Origin: Chiloscyllium plagiosum
Taxonomy: Eukaryota
Assembly (NCBI RefSeq): GCF_004010195.1
Contig: NW_025214901.1
Location: 21,970-54,417 of the forward strand
Reading direction: 5' to 3'
Length of the DNA: 32,448 bases
The position numbers and the translations under genes were made by a program. Position 1 is the first letter of the stretch. Every line of letters begins with the position of its first letter. Shown piece by piece: positions 23,260-32,448 of this stretch. The notes beneath the pieces were generated by a model. That model saw nothing but the letters and a program-made list of their open reading frames with translations. It did not search any database and had not been told where the DNA came from.

Positions 23260-24208
23260 TACAAGTAGTTTAACTGTGATAAGGAGAGCTACTGCTTGAC
23301 AGCAGACTCTCAGACGTCCAAGTGAAATCTCCAGCATAATTTGACATAAGCCAAAAACTCTGCAGACGACTTTAATCTCTGTGACTGTTACTTCCAAAAA
23401 ATCCCTCAAATATTCTATTTACGGAGAAATATGGAAATCCAATCGACTTCGAATGCTTTCCATGAGGACTGACACTGATTTTTGCCCTCATTGTTCCACA
23501 TACATGACCCTCATCTAGTTTGCTACATCTCTCAAATTATACATATAGAAATATGTGCAATTTACTCTAATTCCCTGACCGAGGCCCACACCAGAAGATT
23601 TGCCTGGCAGTATCAGGATGTGCAGGAATGGAGTTCGGTTTGAAACTATCGATACATTTCACGCAAATTTAAAATAGTGAGTTGGATGAATACAAATATT
23701 AATTTGAGGTACAGAGTAGAATTGGAGCGAGGTTTACCATTTTGGACATCAGTTCAATTCACAATTACGTTTAATTTATAGCTAGGTTTGCGTTTTGGGT
23801 GGATTTGCATTTTAGTTGGAACTTGCCGCTATTCTAAAGGGTAGTTTTCATGTGCAGCTCAAAGGTGGAAATACGCTTTATATGATTAGTGTTTATCGAA
23901 TTTGAACAACTGTGCGTGTTTGCAAGGAACATTTTTTGTAGTTTTTCTATTGTATTCATTTGAAAGCGACCATTAACCAAAGAGGGAAAAGATAATTATG
24001 TCACGGTGACCATAGAAATCTATGCATCATGATATTTTGAATTTTATTGGATAATATTTTCAATGTACATATGGCAAGATACTGAGTCTGGATGAAACGC
24101 ATTAAAGGATTTTTAGAGAATAAGGAGTATAGAAGCATTTGATGCAATAATCCTATTTTCTGAGATGCAGGGGTGGAGGCATTACCAGAAGACTATAATA
24201 TTACAACT

Positions 24209-24461
24209 AAGACAAAGTGAGGACTGCAGATGCTGGCGATCACAGTTGAAAAGTGTGGTGCTGGAAAGGCACAGCCAGTCAGACAGCATCCGAGGAGCAT
24301 GAGAGGAAAAAAGTGAGGATTTCAGATGCTGAATATCAATGTCATAAAGTGGGGTGCTGGAAATGCCTCATTCCTGATGAAGGGCTTCTGCTCAAAACGT
24401 CGATACTCCTATTTCTCAGATATTGCTTAACGGGCCGTGCTTTTCCAGCACCGTACTGTTC
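24209..24461. mobile_element. Non-autonomous Penelope-tail element (two inverted tail copies plus forward tail) with ~18-bp TSD
   Basis: aaagtgaggactgcagatgctgg at ~24214 and a variant at ~24310, forward cctcattcctgatgaagggc… from 24366; gactataatatt(a/g)caact at 24191-24208 and 24462-24479. Confidence 0.85.
24371..24404 (+). ncRNA. Minimal hammerhead-ribozyme-like motif (Penelope tail), one core substitution
   Basis: CUGAUGA (24374-24380), A, stem II GGGC-uucu-GCUC, then AAAACGUC where GAAACGUC is expected. Confidence 0.6.
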
Positions 24462-24828
24462 GACTATAATATTGCAACTGCATTGCTCATGGAAGATTGC
24501 AACATGAAGACTAAAAATTACAGGCCAGAAAGTTTAAAAAACTGCAGAAGTTTATGGAAACTTTTATTCAGGATCGAATTGCTCGTCAGGTGGAGTGCGA
24601 CAGCTTAAATGGAAGCAATATACTTCCAAAATGTAATTCGTATACAACAAGTTTGCTGAAGGCTTTGCAAATGATAACAGAAAGGCTTGATGTGGGTAAC
24701 AGTGTTGATGGGTCGTTCAACTTTCGGATGGCCTTCCGTAGCTCTTTGTCACGCATTTGAGTGGGAATCTACGGTGTATTTGCCGCTAATGGATTAAACA
24801 AACACCGGGAAAAATCTTTCGGATTCTC

Positions 24829-25736
24829 TCATTTGCGCTGTTTCTTAATCAGTAGAAGCAATGTTTTGATGGGATACTCCATTGCACTCCTGAGCTGCTC
24901 TCTAGAATTGGACGGAGTTGCTCCATTTATCAACGTGTATGTGCAGCAACTTAAATTTCACAGCATGAATCCGACCCTTTGTGGTATGAATCCAGAACTT
25001 TTGTAATCCCTTGTTGTTGTTCCTGGAATGCTAAAACACAAGAAATATGTAACACGCAACATGCACAAAAGAATGAAGCTGCCAGATAAGCTGAAGAGTA
25101 AAATCACAAACCTCCTCCTGCTCTCCATTTCTGCATCTTTGTAATTATCTTTGGTGCTCTGACATCTCAGTCTCTGATGGATGTGGGTACTCACTAAAAT
25201 ATGTCGAATGTTCAGAGTGTTCAGCATACAAATTAAAACCAATTGGAAGGATGGGGTTAAAACTATGTCCAAATAATTAAATAACACCCAAGCATGATCA
25301 GTATTAGAACTTGGTTTTACATAGCAGAACCATGGCACATTTTCTATTACCACTCCAGGTTCCTGTATAAAGTAGTGAGTTTTTTGTATTAAACAGGAGA
25401 ACACCGGTCGTTGCCAGAACCAGAGCTCCTATTCTCTCAGTGCAATACTTTCCCCTTAAACTCTGACAACAAATGGCTGCAAACCTATCAAAGGTAAAAG
25501 TAACGGTTAACTAGACTGAGCATTCAGTTGTTTCACAACGCAAATAATGGATAACAATGTACACCGGTGAAATGAGAAAGAAAGATGATGGGAAATAGTA
25601 ATATGTCATCCGCCACATTATGACTTCTGTGATAACAAGTAGTAGATCTGCCATTGACATAGCCAGCAAGTAACGGGTGGTACAAGTTGAAGTCCACATT
25701 TTCCAAAGAACATGATGCATATTGCTGCAAAATTTA
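24829..25736 (-). pseudogene. GPR139/GPR142-like class A GPCR pseudogene, main coding exon
   Basis: After acceptor …gtttcagttacag (AG 25738-25737): NFAAICIMFFGKCGL/STCTTRYLLAMSMADLLLVI…CSV*LTVTFTFDRFAAICCQ/KYCTER…NVPWFC…MESRRRFVILLFSLSGSFILL…VGFML*NLSCCT…KKQRK*. Stops at 25511-25513 and 24958-24960 plus at least three frameshifts. Confidence 0.9.
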
Positions 25737-26982
25737 CTGTAACTGAAACAGAACAACAAAAAGAAACGTGTGTTAAACCGTTCACCGTGTCAATGATTCA
25801 ACACTCTAACGTGGCTTTGGATGATCAGAACTTAGACATTCAAAAATCAGTGATGAAGGAGAGGAATCTGCAGGAATCACAAATTAACAAATATAAATAA
25901 AACAATTTCAAATAATGATTTTGTTTGTGCACGGCCCACTTAGTGAAAACTGACTGATCTGTCGACGATGTCACAGTCTGCCAAGCAATGTTTAAAAATT
26001 GTTTACCTGAGGAATCTTTGCCAAACTAGACAGAGATGGACAGCTGACGTGAATGAAATATTTAATGGACAATTACAGGGCAGTACACAGTTCACAAAAA
26101 CATAAATCCCTCATGTTCTGGAACAAGCTTGATAGAATGAAGCCGTGCTTGAGTATTTAAAGCCGGTAGAATGAAAAGATCTACTTACACAGTTTTATTG
26201 ATCATTACAAAGAATGGATATAAGTGGTACAATAGTTGTACTTTATTCTTACATAATCCTGATGAGTAACATTAATACATTGCAAGACAGGGCATCAGTT
26301 GAGGAATGTACTGAGAGTTGTTACAAAACTTTGCATAGTGAAATGGGTATTAAGTGTACGCATATGCCTTTAAAGAAGCTGGGCATTTCTGTTCTGCAAC
26401 AAATGGCTACAAGTGTATAGGTGTTTGCAATTCCCACAGTTAATTTGAAAAGTATTATGAAAAGTAAACAAGGGCAGAGCGCAGCTAGGCAGCTCGGCAG
26501 GGGCAGAACACAAAAGGAATATTGGTAGGTTTGAAGGCCAATGAGGTAGACGGGGAAGTACCGAGTATTAAACCGTATAAATTGTGGAATAATTTCTGGA
26601 TCGGAGTGCCTAGTTCCTAGACACCCCTTCTTGCAAGAACGTTTCAATAAAATTCGTTGCTTCAGAATTTGACTCGGACTGAAATTTATTATACGTGTGC
26701 TCTGTTTCTCACAGACGGAAGTCAGTGGATGGCTTGTAATTGGAAGCCCAGTTGGCTTAAAAGACTACAGTGTTGCTGGTAGCGTGTTGTTGTGAATAAA
26801 TAGTTAGTGATTGAACAGGAAACAGTAAGTGCAGATAATGTTTTTTTTTTCACGTTGGTGACCAGTAACCAGTCGAGTTCCACAGAGATTAGTGTTGCTA
26901 TCACAACTGCTTAAAACATTTGTTTATGACTTGGACGATTGAAGCAAATGACTCTACCCATATTTGAAGATGACACAAAATA

Positions 26983-27765
26983 GGGACCATCTCCAGAACT
27001 GTCTGGTCCACTCTCCTTTCACTTCCAATATACCACCCATGGCATCTACCCCCGCAACAGCCAAGAGTGCAACATCTGCCCATTGATGTCATCTCTCCTC
27101 AGTATCCAAGCGTCCAAACATAGCATCTCGGTGAAACATCAGCTTATCTGCATTTCGAACAATCTGGTCTACAGCATTTTCTGCTCACAATGTGGTTTCA
27201 TGCTTCCCACAAAAAATAGCCCCGAGCTTCCAGTTGCCTGCCACATTGATGCATAACCCAGTTCAATTATTAGTGTTTCTGTTTCAAGCATGTTGAAATG
27301 TTCCAATGAAGATCATCGCAGGCTGGAAAAACAACTCATTTTACTGTTGGGGGCGTGCATACGTCTGTACTCAATATTGTGTTCAATAATTTTCCGGCGT
27401 AGAGTTCTCCCATGCCCTAAACCCCAAACTCACAGATCAGGCCTTGTCGTCACATACACACTTAAATACACACTCCCTGTTGTAAGCCACTACCAGTCTC
27501 CCTTAAAAGATTTTTTTCAATCTATTAACCATATAATTAGCCATTGTTTTGTCTTTCCAATACTTCTTCCCGCCTTTTGGTCTCTCTTTCCACTTATGGA
27601 TTACTCCTTTCCGCATCCAAACAACCTATTTTCCACATATAAACTGATATTTTCTGAGCTGCAGTGAGTTCTGAGGAGGAGTCAACGGACCCGAAATTTT
27701 AACGCTAATTTCTCTTCACAGATGTTGTCAGACCTGACGAGCCTTTCCCGCAACTTGTGTTCTTT
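26983..27765 (+). mobile_element. Penelope-like element 3' fragment (Cys-rich linker, partly deleted GIY-YIG, tail)
   Basis: HGIYPRNSQECNICP…NLVYSIFCSQCG [YIG segment missing] PELPVACH…RRLEKQL; same family as 7191-7787. Confidence 0.88.
27667..27704 (+). ncRNA. Minimal hammerhead-ribozyme-like motif (Penelope tail), decayed
   Basis: GUU, CUGAGGA (27671-27677), G, stem II GAGUC-aacg-GACCC, GAAA (27693-27696), UUUU, AAC; GUU and AAC could form stem I. Confidence 0.55.
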
Positions 27766-27769
27766 TATG

Positions 27770-27960
27770 AGCCCAAAGCATCGTACGTTTTGAAGAAAGA
27801 GCTCGATATCGCTCTTACGTCTAAGCAGATCAAAAGATTTGGGGAGAAAGAGGGACCAGGAAACTGAATTGGATGATCAGCCATGGTCGAATTAAATTAC
27901 AGAACAGGTGTGAAGTGCTGAGTGGCATACTTTAGCTCATTGTTCCAATGGTTCTCTGAT
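27770..27960 (+). mobile_element. CR1 LINE 3' end
   Basis: gatcaaaagatttggggagaaag…ttggatgatcagccatggtcgaattaaat…gctgagtggcatac. Confidence 0.8.
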
Positions 27961-27974
27961 TAGAGACGCTTCAT

Positions 27975-28195
27975 CCACTTGGAGACATATGGAATTAAAG
28001 TAATTAACTTCGGTCAGGTATAATGTTGGCGCTAGGTGACAGAGAGAAGGGTTACTGCATCCTATAATTGCAAGATGTGAACAGTCGTATCACCAATGAT
28101 CTGCGCTGAGACATTAGCATTCCATAATATTTGTCAATTATTTGAATGATGGAATAGAGCACCATATATCGAAGGTTTCTGAGTATACTGAGTGA
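27975..28195 (+). mobile_element. Degenerate CR1 RT core fragment
   Basis: Traces of HGI…QDVTSGVPQGSVLG…IFVNYLNDGIEHHISK (IFINDLDDGIE-like). Confidence 0.6.
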
Positions 28196-28199
28196 GGCA

Positions 28200-28690
28200 T
28201 TTGGAAGGGGTCACAAAGATAGGGAGGCTAAGGTCAATGAGGGATTTAATAACAAGGATAAGAATTTGAAAATCGAGATGTTGCTGAACTATGAGCAGAA
28301 TGAAAACAGGTGCAGGATGGCGAAATGGGACTTGGTGAGAGTTTGGATTAGGGCAGCAGAATTAGATAATTTGGAATTTACCGAAAGCAGTGCCTAAATC
28401 TTGGACCAGGACAATACAGATATGGTCACATTTGAAGTTCTGAAGACATTGTTGAGATTTTTAATGTCTGGTATTTGTGACGTGGAAGGTTTGGGGCTCA
28501 TGACAATTTCAAAGATAAGTCAAAGTTTGAACTGAATCTAATTGAGTAGCAGACCGTGCTCAGAGAAAGTGATGTCAGTTACAGAGATCGGAGAAACCTT
28601 TGAACCCTCAAACCTTACAGTATAGTATGAGACCGTTCACTGGTACTGGCATTCTTTTTTATAGCAAAAACAGCACAGTGATGGAAAAGT
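28200..28690 (-). mobile_element. L2 LINE RT C-terminal fragment
   Basis: agatagggaggctaaggtcaatgagggatttaataacaaggataagaatttgaaaatcgagatg…gggacttggtgagagtttggattagggcagcaga is the reverse of L2-type NSAALIQTLTKS…DFQILILV motifs. Confidence 0.7.
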
Positions 28691-29309
28691 GTCAGTCACT
28701 TTCTCCAAAACACAGACGCCTGCACTCGAAGATCAGAAACTGAATCCTGTTGCATCAGCTGTTTCTAAGGTATGACGTATGCCAAGAATTGTTCTCTCCT
28801 TCTGTTTTGAACTGGCGAGATAGACTGAGCAGGTGTATCAACAAAATGGCCTACACAGTCGGAAGGGAGATCATCTGGGAAACCTCAACATTAGCAATGC
28901 AAACAATAAAGTCTCATAACAGCGGGTCAAAAATGGGAAGGAAACCTTCCGCTGGTCACCACATAGCACCGCATTCGCCTCTAAACTCACATGATCAGTA
29001 ATTTCCCCTCCACACTGTTCTTGAAGGGAGCACTGAGGGTTGGAAGGATGCTGCATAAAATCTCAGTCAGGGACCTCAATCCGCAATATCAAGAGTTGCT
29101 CAAGAGCATCTCTACGGAGGAAGGTTGTCCATTTCCACCTGATTCGGCTGATGGCCTGCAATTGTGTGGGGTAATGAGAGAACCAACAAGCGGGCAAATT
29201 ATACCCACACCCATCCTGACCATTCTGCCCGCCGAAGGTGCATTAATCCGTGACAATTTGAGTAAATTGACAAGCATAAAATTCCTGTGGAGACAAACAC
29301 CTGAGTTCT

Positions 29310-29600
29310 AATTGAGAAGATATGCTATTTTGTTGGGCAACAGATGCGGAATGAGAGGAAGAAAGTTGTTTTAAAGTGCGATTGTAATGACTTGGAAATT
29401 AGTGTCATTCAGGTCATGCAAGTGGAGTCAATTAACTGTTGCAATGGTAGGTTGTATGGACTCTGGATGGATATTAACCGGGAAGACTCTTGCGAGAGAG
29501 TAGGGAAGGAGTGGGAGTAACTGGATCACTCCACGAAAGGACAACATGTACTTGATATTCGATTTCTTTCTCTGCTGTGCTGTAAACATGCCTAATTCTA
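29310..29600 (+). mobile_element. Highly degenerate CR1 3' end
   Basis: atgagaggaagaaagttgttttaaagtgcgattgtaatgacttggaa…gagagagtagggaaggagtggg…ctgctgtgctgtaaacat. Confidence 0.5.
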
Positions 29601-29605
29601 TGCTG

Positions 29606-29976
29606 CACGAGAAAATGAGAACTCTAGATGCTGGAGATCAGAATCGAGACTGTAATGCTAGAAAAGCACATCAGTTTAGGCAGCATTTAAGGCCCTCACC
29701 AAAATTATCCCAGCAATACCTTCTTGACCAGTCCGATCTGTCCATCTTCCTTCTCACCTGTCCGCTCCACTCATCCCACCGAATTATGACTTCCACCCAC
29801 ACCTTCATCTAACTCTCACATTCTCAGCCACCTTTCCCACACCCCACTTCTTCCATTTATATCTCAGCCCACAAGCTTCATTCCTGATGAAGGGCTTATG
29901 TCAGATACGGCGGCATTCCTGCTCAATGGATGCGATGTGACCTGTTCTGATTTGCCAGCACCACGTTGTCCACTCA
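29606..29976. mobile_element. Non-autonomous Penelope-tail element (inverted tail plus forward UTR/tail) with degenerate 12-bp TSD
   Basis: Inverted tail gaaaatgagaactctagatgctggagatcagaatcgag…ggcagcat, then forward UTR and cattcctgatgaagggcttatg; aattctatgctg 29594-29605 vs aattccatggtg 29977-29988. Confidence 0.8.
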
Positions 29977-29999
29977 AATTCCATGGTGAGTTCAAATTA

Positions 30000-30305
30000 G
30001 CGAAACTTGATGCAGTAAATACAGGGGAAAATTTTCAAGAGGCAGGGCAGCCAGTAATTAAGGTGCATCACATTTTAACAAAGGGTCTAAAGGAAATGTC
30101 AGAAGAAGGGAATTTTTGAGACATCGAATTCATGACAACTGTCTGCAATTTGAGTTGAAACAGATTCAAAAGCAAGTTTCAAAATGGAGAATGAGCTCAA
30201 AAGCGAACGATTGCAGGGTTTTACATGAAGAGCCGAACAACTGAGAGAAATTGGATGAATTTTACTCACTGTCACAATCGGCCCAGTGACCTCTGTCTGT
30301 ATTAG
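30000..30305 (+). mobile_element. Degenerate CR1 3' fragment
   Basis: gtaaatacaggggaaaattttc…gtcagaagaagggaatttttgagacatcga…ttgcagggttttacatgaagagc. Confidence 0.5.
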
Positions 30306-30504
30306 AGCTTGCACACTCGTCAGTATCACCTTTACACAAATACTAGGAAAAACAGTCAACCCAGTTGACAGAAAATCGTTTGCTGAATCAATATGCTCTT
30401 GAACCAACTCATGGTACAGGCCACTCGAGATCTACTATTAAAAATAGTAAAGGAATAGTGAAAGAAAAGCGAGGTGAATGAGCAGCATGTTCAATTGCAC
30501 AACA

Positions 30505-30695
30505 ATCTGGAGAGTAAGGAATGAATGACCTGAGGTCAGAGAGCACGATCTGGACGTCTGAAAGCTCTGCTGTTGATGGTTGGGTGGAGGGAGCAGAGAT
30601 GGATAGGACAGAAGATTACTGACGGAGAGACGAAATGTGAATCGGCAGCAGGACGCAAAGGAAGAGGGGAGGACAGAGCTACTTTGACAATAAAA
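30505..30695 (-). mobile_element. Possible L2 LINE fragment
   Basis: gtctgaaagctctgctgttgatggttgggtggagggagcagagatgg resembles the reverse strand of the L2 ORF2 end. Confidence 0.4.
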
Positions 30696-30699
30696 CCAA

Positions 30700-32390
30700 G
30701 AGACATAGAAGTACAAATTAGGATATTCAGCACATTGAGTCTGCTCCACTATTCTATTACGGCTGAAAGTTTCTCAAACGTTGTTTTTTCCTAGTAGCCC
30801 TTGATCACCATGACACGCAGGAATCTATCTATCTCATTCTTAATTATACACAATGATCTGGAATTCACTGTCTTCTGTGGCAACGCATTTCATAGATTCG
30901 CCACTCTCTGACTAAAGAAATTGCTCCTCTCTACATTATAATCGGTCTTCCCTTGACTCTAAACCTGTGCCCCAGAGTCCTAGTATCTCTTAGCAATGGG
31001 TACAGCTTGCGAGCAGCTACTCTGAGCAGGTCATTCAGTATTCTATATGTTCTAATTAGATCCTGTGTCATCCTTCTAAACTCCATCGAGTATAGACCCA
31101 AACTCCTCAAACATTATTCATATGTTCAGCTTTTCATGCCTTGGAATATTCTCATATATCTTCTCTGAGCACACTCCTGTGCCAGTGCAGCCTTGCTGAG
31201 ATATGGAGACTAAAATTGCGTACAATGGTCCAAATGTTGTCAGAACATCCCCTTATAGCGCCTCAGACGGGCACCCCCGTTTTTATATTCAAGTCCTTAA
31301 AACATAAATAGCTTCGATACATTTGCTTTCCTAACCAGTGACTCAGATTGCAAGATAACCTGGAGAGAATCTAGGGGCTCGAGCGCCCAAGTCTCTTTGC
31401 AATGCAAACTGCTGAATTTGCTTCCAGTTAGAAAATATTCCATCTCTCTGTTTTTCTTACCAAAGCGCATGTCCGCTCACATTCCCATGTTGCATTCCAT
31501 GTGCCACTTTCTTGAACAATCTCTAACTGGTATAATGCCTTCTGCAGCCTCACCTCCTTCTCAACGCCTACTGTCCCCCGCCTCCATTTATTTATTTTGC
31601 AAATTTCGCCAGAATGCCGTCCGTTCCTTTATCTACATCGTTCATGTATAATGTAAAATGTCGTGGTGCCAACACTGAGCTTTGAGTGCACCGTTTCTCG
31701 CTGGCTGCCATCCTTTGAAGGACCGTTTTTATTTCCCCTCTCCGCTTCCTGCCAGATAAAATTCTATCCATGTTCGGACATTGCATTAACACCATGGGCC
31801 TTTATCTTTTGACGTAGCCTCCTTTGTGGTACCTTGTCAAAGGCGTCCTTGAAGTCCAGGAAAAAAACATCCTTTAACACTCCTTGGTCTAACCTGCTCA
31901 TTACTTCGTCAAAGAATACTCGCAGATTTCTCAGGCAAGGCGTCCACTTGATGAAGCCATCCTGATTTTGCACTATGTTGCCATAAACGTCCAAGTATTC
32001 AGCAAACTCATTCTTAACAATGCGTGCCAGAGTCTTCGGCACAACGGAGTTTAGTCTAATGGATCTGAAATTTTGCACATTTTGTCTTACTCCCGTTTGA
32101 ATCAGATGTGTCACGTCATCGATCTTCTGGGCTGTCTGGAATTGTTGTCATTCCTGAAAGATCTGCATGAACAGCTCTACTATGACATCATCTGTCTCAC
32201 TCAGAAGTCTGGGATGTTGTCTAACTGGTCCAGATGATTTTACCACATTCATCCCATTCAGTTTTTCCAGCATGTTCTGCATGGTGATGGCGACAATACC
32301 AAGTTTTGCCCCGTCACTCTCTTGATTTATTGGAATATTACTCATGTATTCCACTATGTGGACTGACTAGAAGCTATATTCAGATTCCAC
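30700..32390 (-). mobile_element. CR1 LINE RT region and 3' UTR, disabled
   Basis: KSSGPVRQHPRLL (32148-32354), NFRSIRLNSVV…FFDEVMSRLDQG..KDVFFLDFKDAFDKVP (31764-32114), YMNDVDKGTDGILAKFA (31592-31795); 3' tail near 30700. Confidence 0.93.
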
Positions 32391-32407
32391 ATTATTTGTT
32401 TGTGGAA

Positions 32408-32448
32408 GATAGTGGTGCTGGAAAAGCCCAGCAGGTCGGCCAGTATCC
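32408..32448 (-). mobile_element. Penelope tail fragment cut by the window edge
   Basis: gtggtgctggaaaagcccagcaggtcggccagtatcc matches 24255-24291. Confidence 0.65.

Larger units (their letters stand above)
24070..24750 (+). mobile_element. Old CR1 RT N-terminal fragment interrupted by a Penelope-tail insertion
   Basis: LPEDYNI…[insertion]…KNYRPESL…METFIQDRI…MITERLDVGNSVD…NFRMAF corresponds to CR1 VPEDW…NYRPVSL…VDVVYLDFQKAF. Confidence 0.75.

Noticed and set aside
23330..23450. Possible RTE LINE remnant
   Set aside because: Similarity too faint to support by eye.
26321..26647. Minus ORF with HSDPE and VAICC words resembling a second GPR139-like copy
   Set aside because: The motifs occur in the wrong order and the intervening sequence does not match the receptor.
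28610..28712. Ig/TCR V-segment end with RSS (cacagtg 28674-28680, 23-bp spacer, tccaaaaca)
   Set aside because: Poor nonamer, no YYC cysteine or upstream V framework, and the sequence appears to continue the antisense L2 fragment.

Overview
Eukaryotic, repeat-dominated DNA with no intact protein-coding gene. The repeat inventory (HE1-type tRNA SINEs, CR1/HER1 LINEs, Penelope-like GIY-YIG elements, Rex-Babar and L2 LINE remnants) and a GPR139-like receptor pseudogene point to a cartilaginous fish, probably a shark (inference from recalled families, no search run). Most ORF-track entries are decayed retroelement fragments or repeat artefacts. The only host gene recognised is the minus-strand GPR139/GPR142-like GPCR pseudogene (24829-25736). 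Most notable: (i) three short non-coding Penelope-derived insertions built as inverted tail plus forward tail, flanked by 12-18 bp target-site duplications and carrying minimal hammerhead-ribozyme-like motifs, one a ~92-bp-arm palindrome; (ii) a very old pogo/Tigger-like transposase trace; (iii) a 3-kb mosaic of two degenerate minisatellites with orientation flips; (iv) a 70-bp minisatellite with a variable microsatellite slot; (v) a perfect 163-bp tandem duplication inside an old LINE. I found no convincing wholly new system; the hammerhead-bearing fold-back mini-elements are the best candidate for follow-up. Repeat boundaries are approximate unless TSD coordinates are given.
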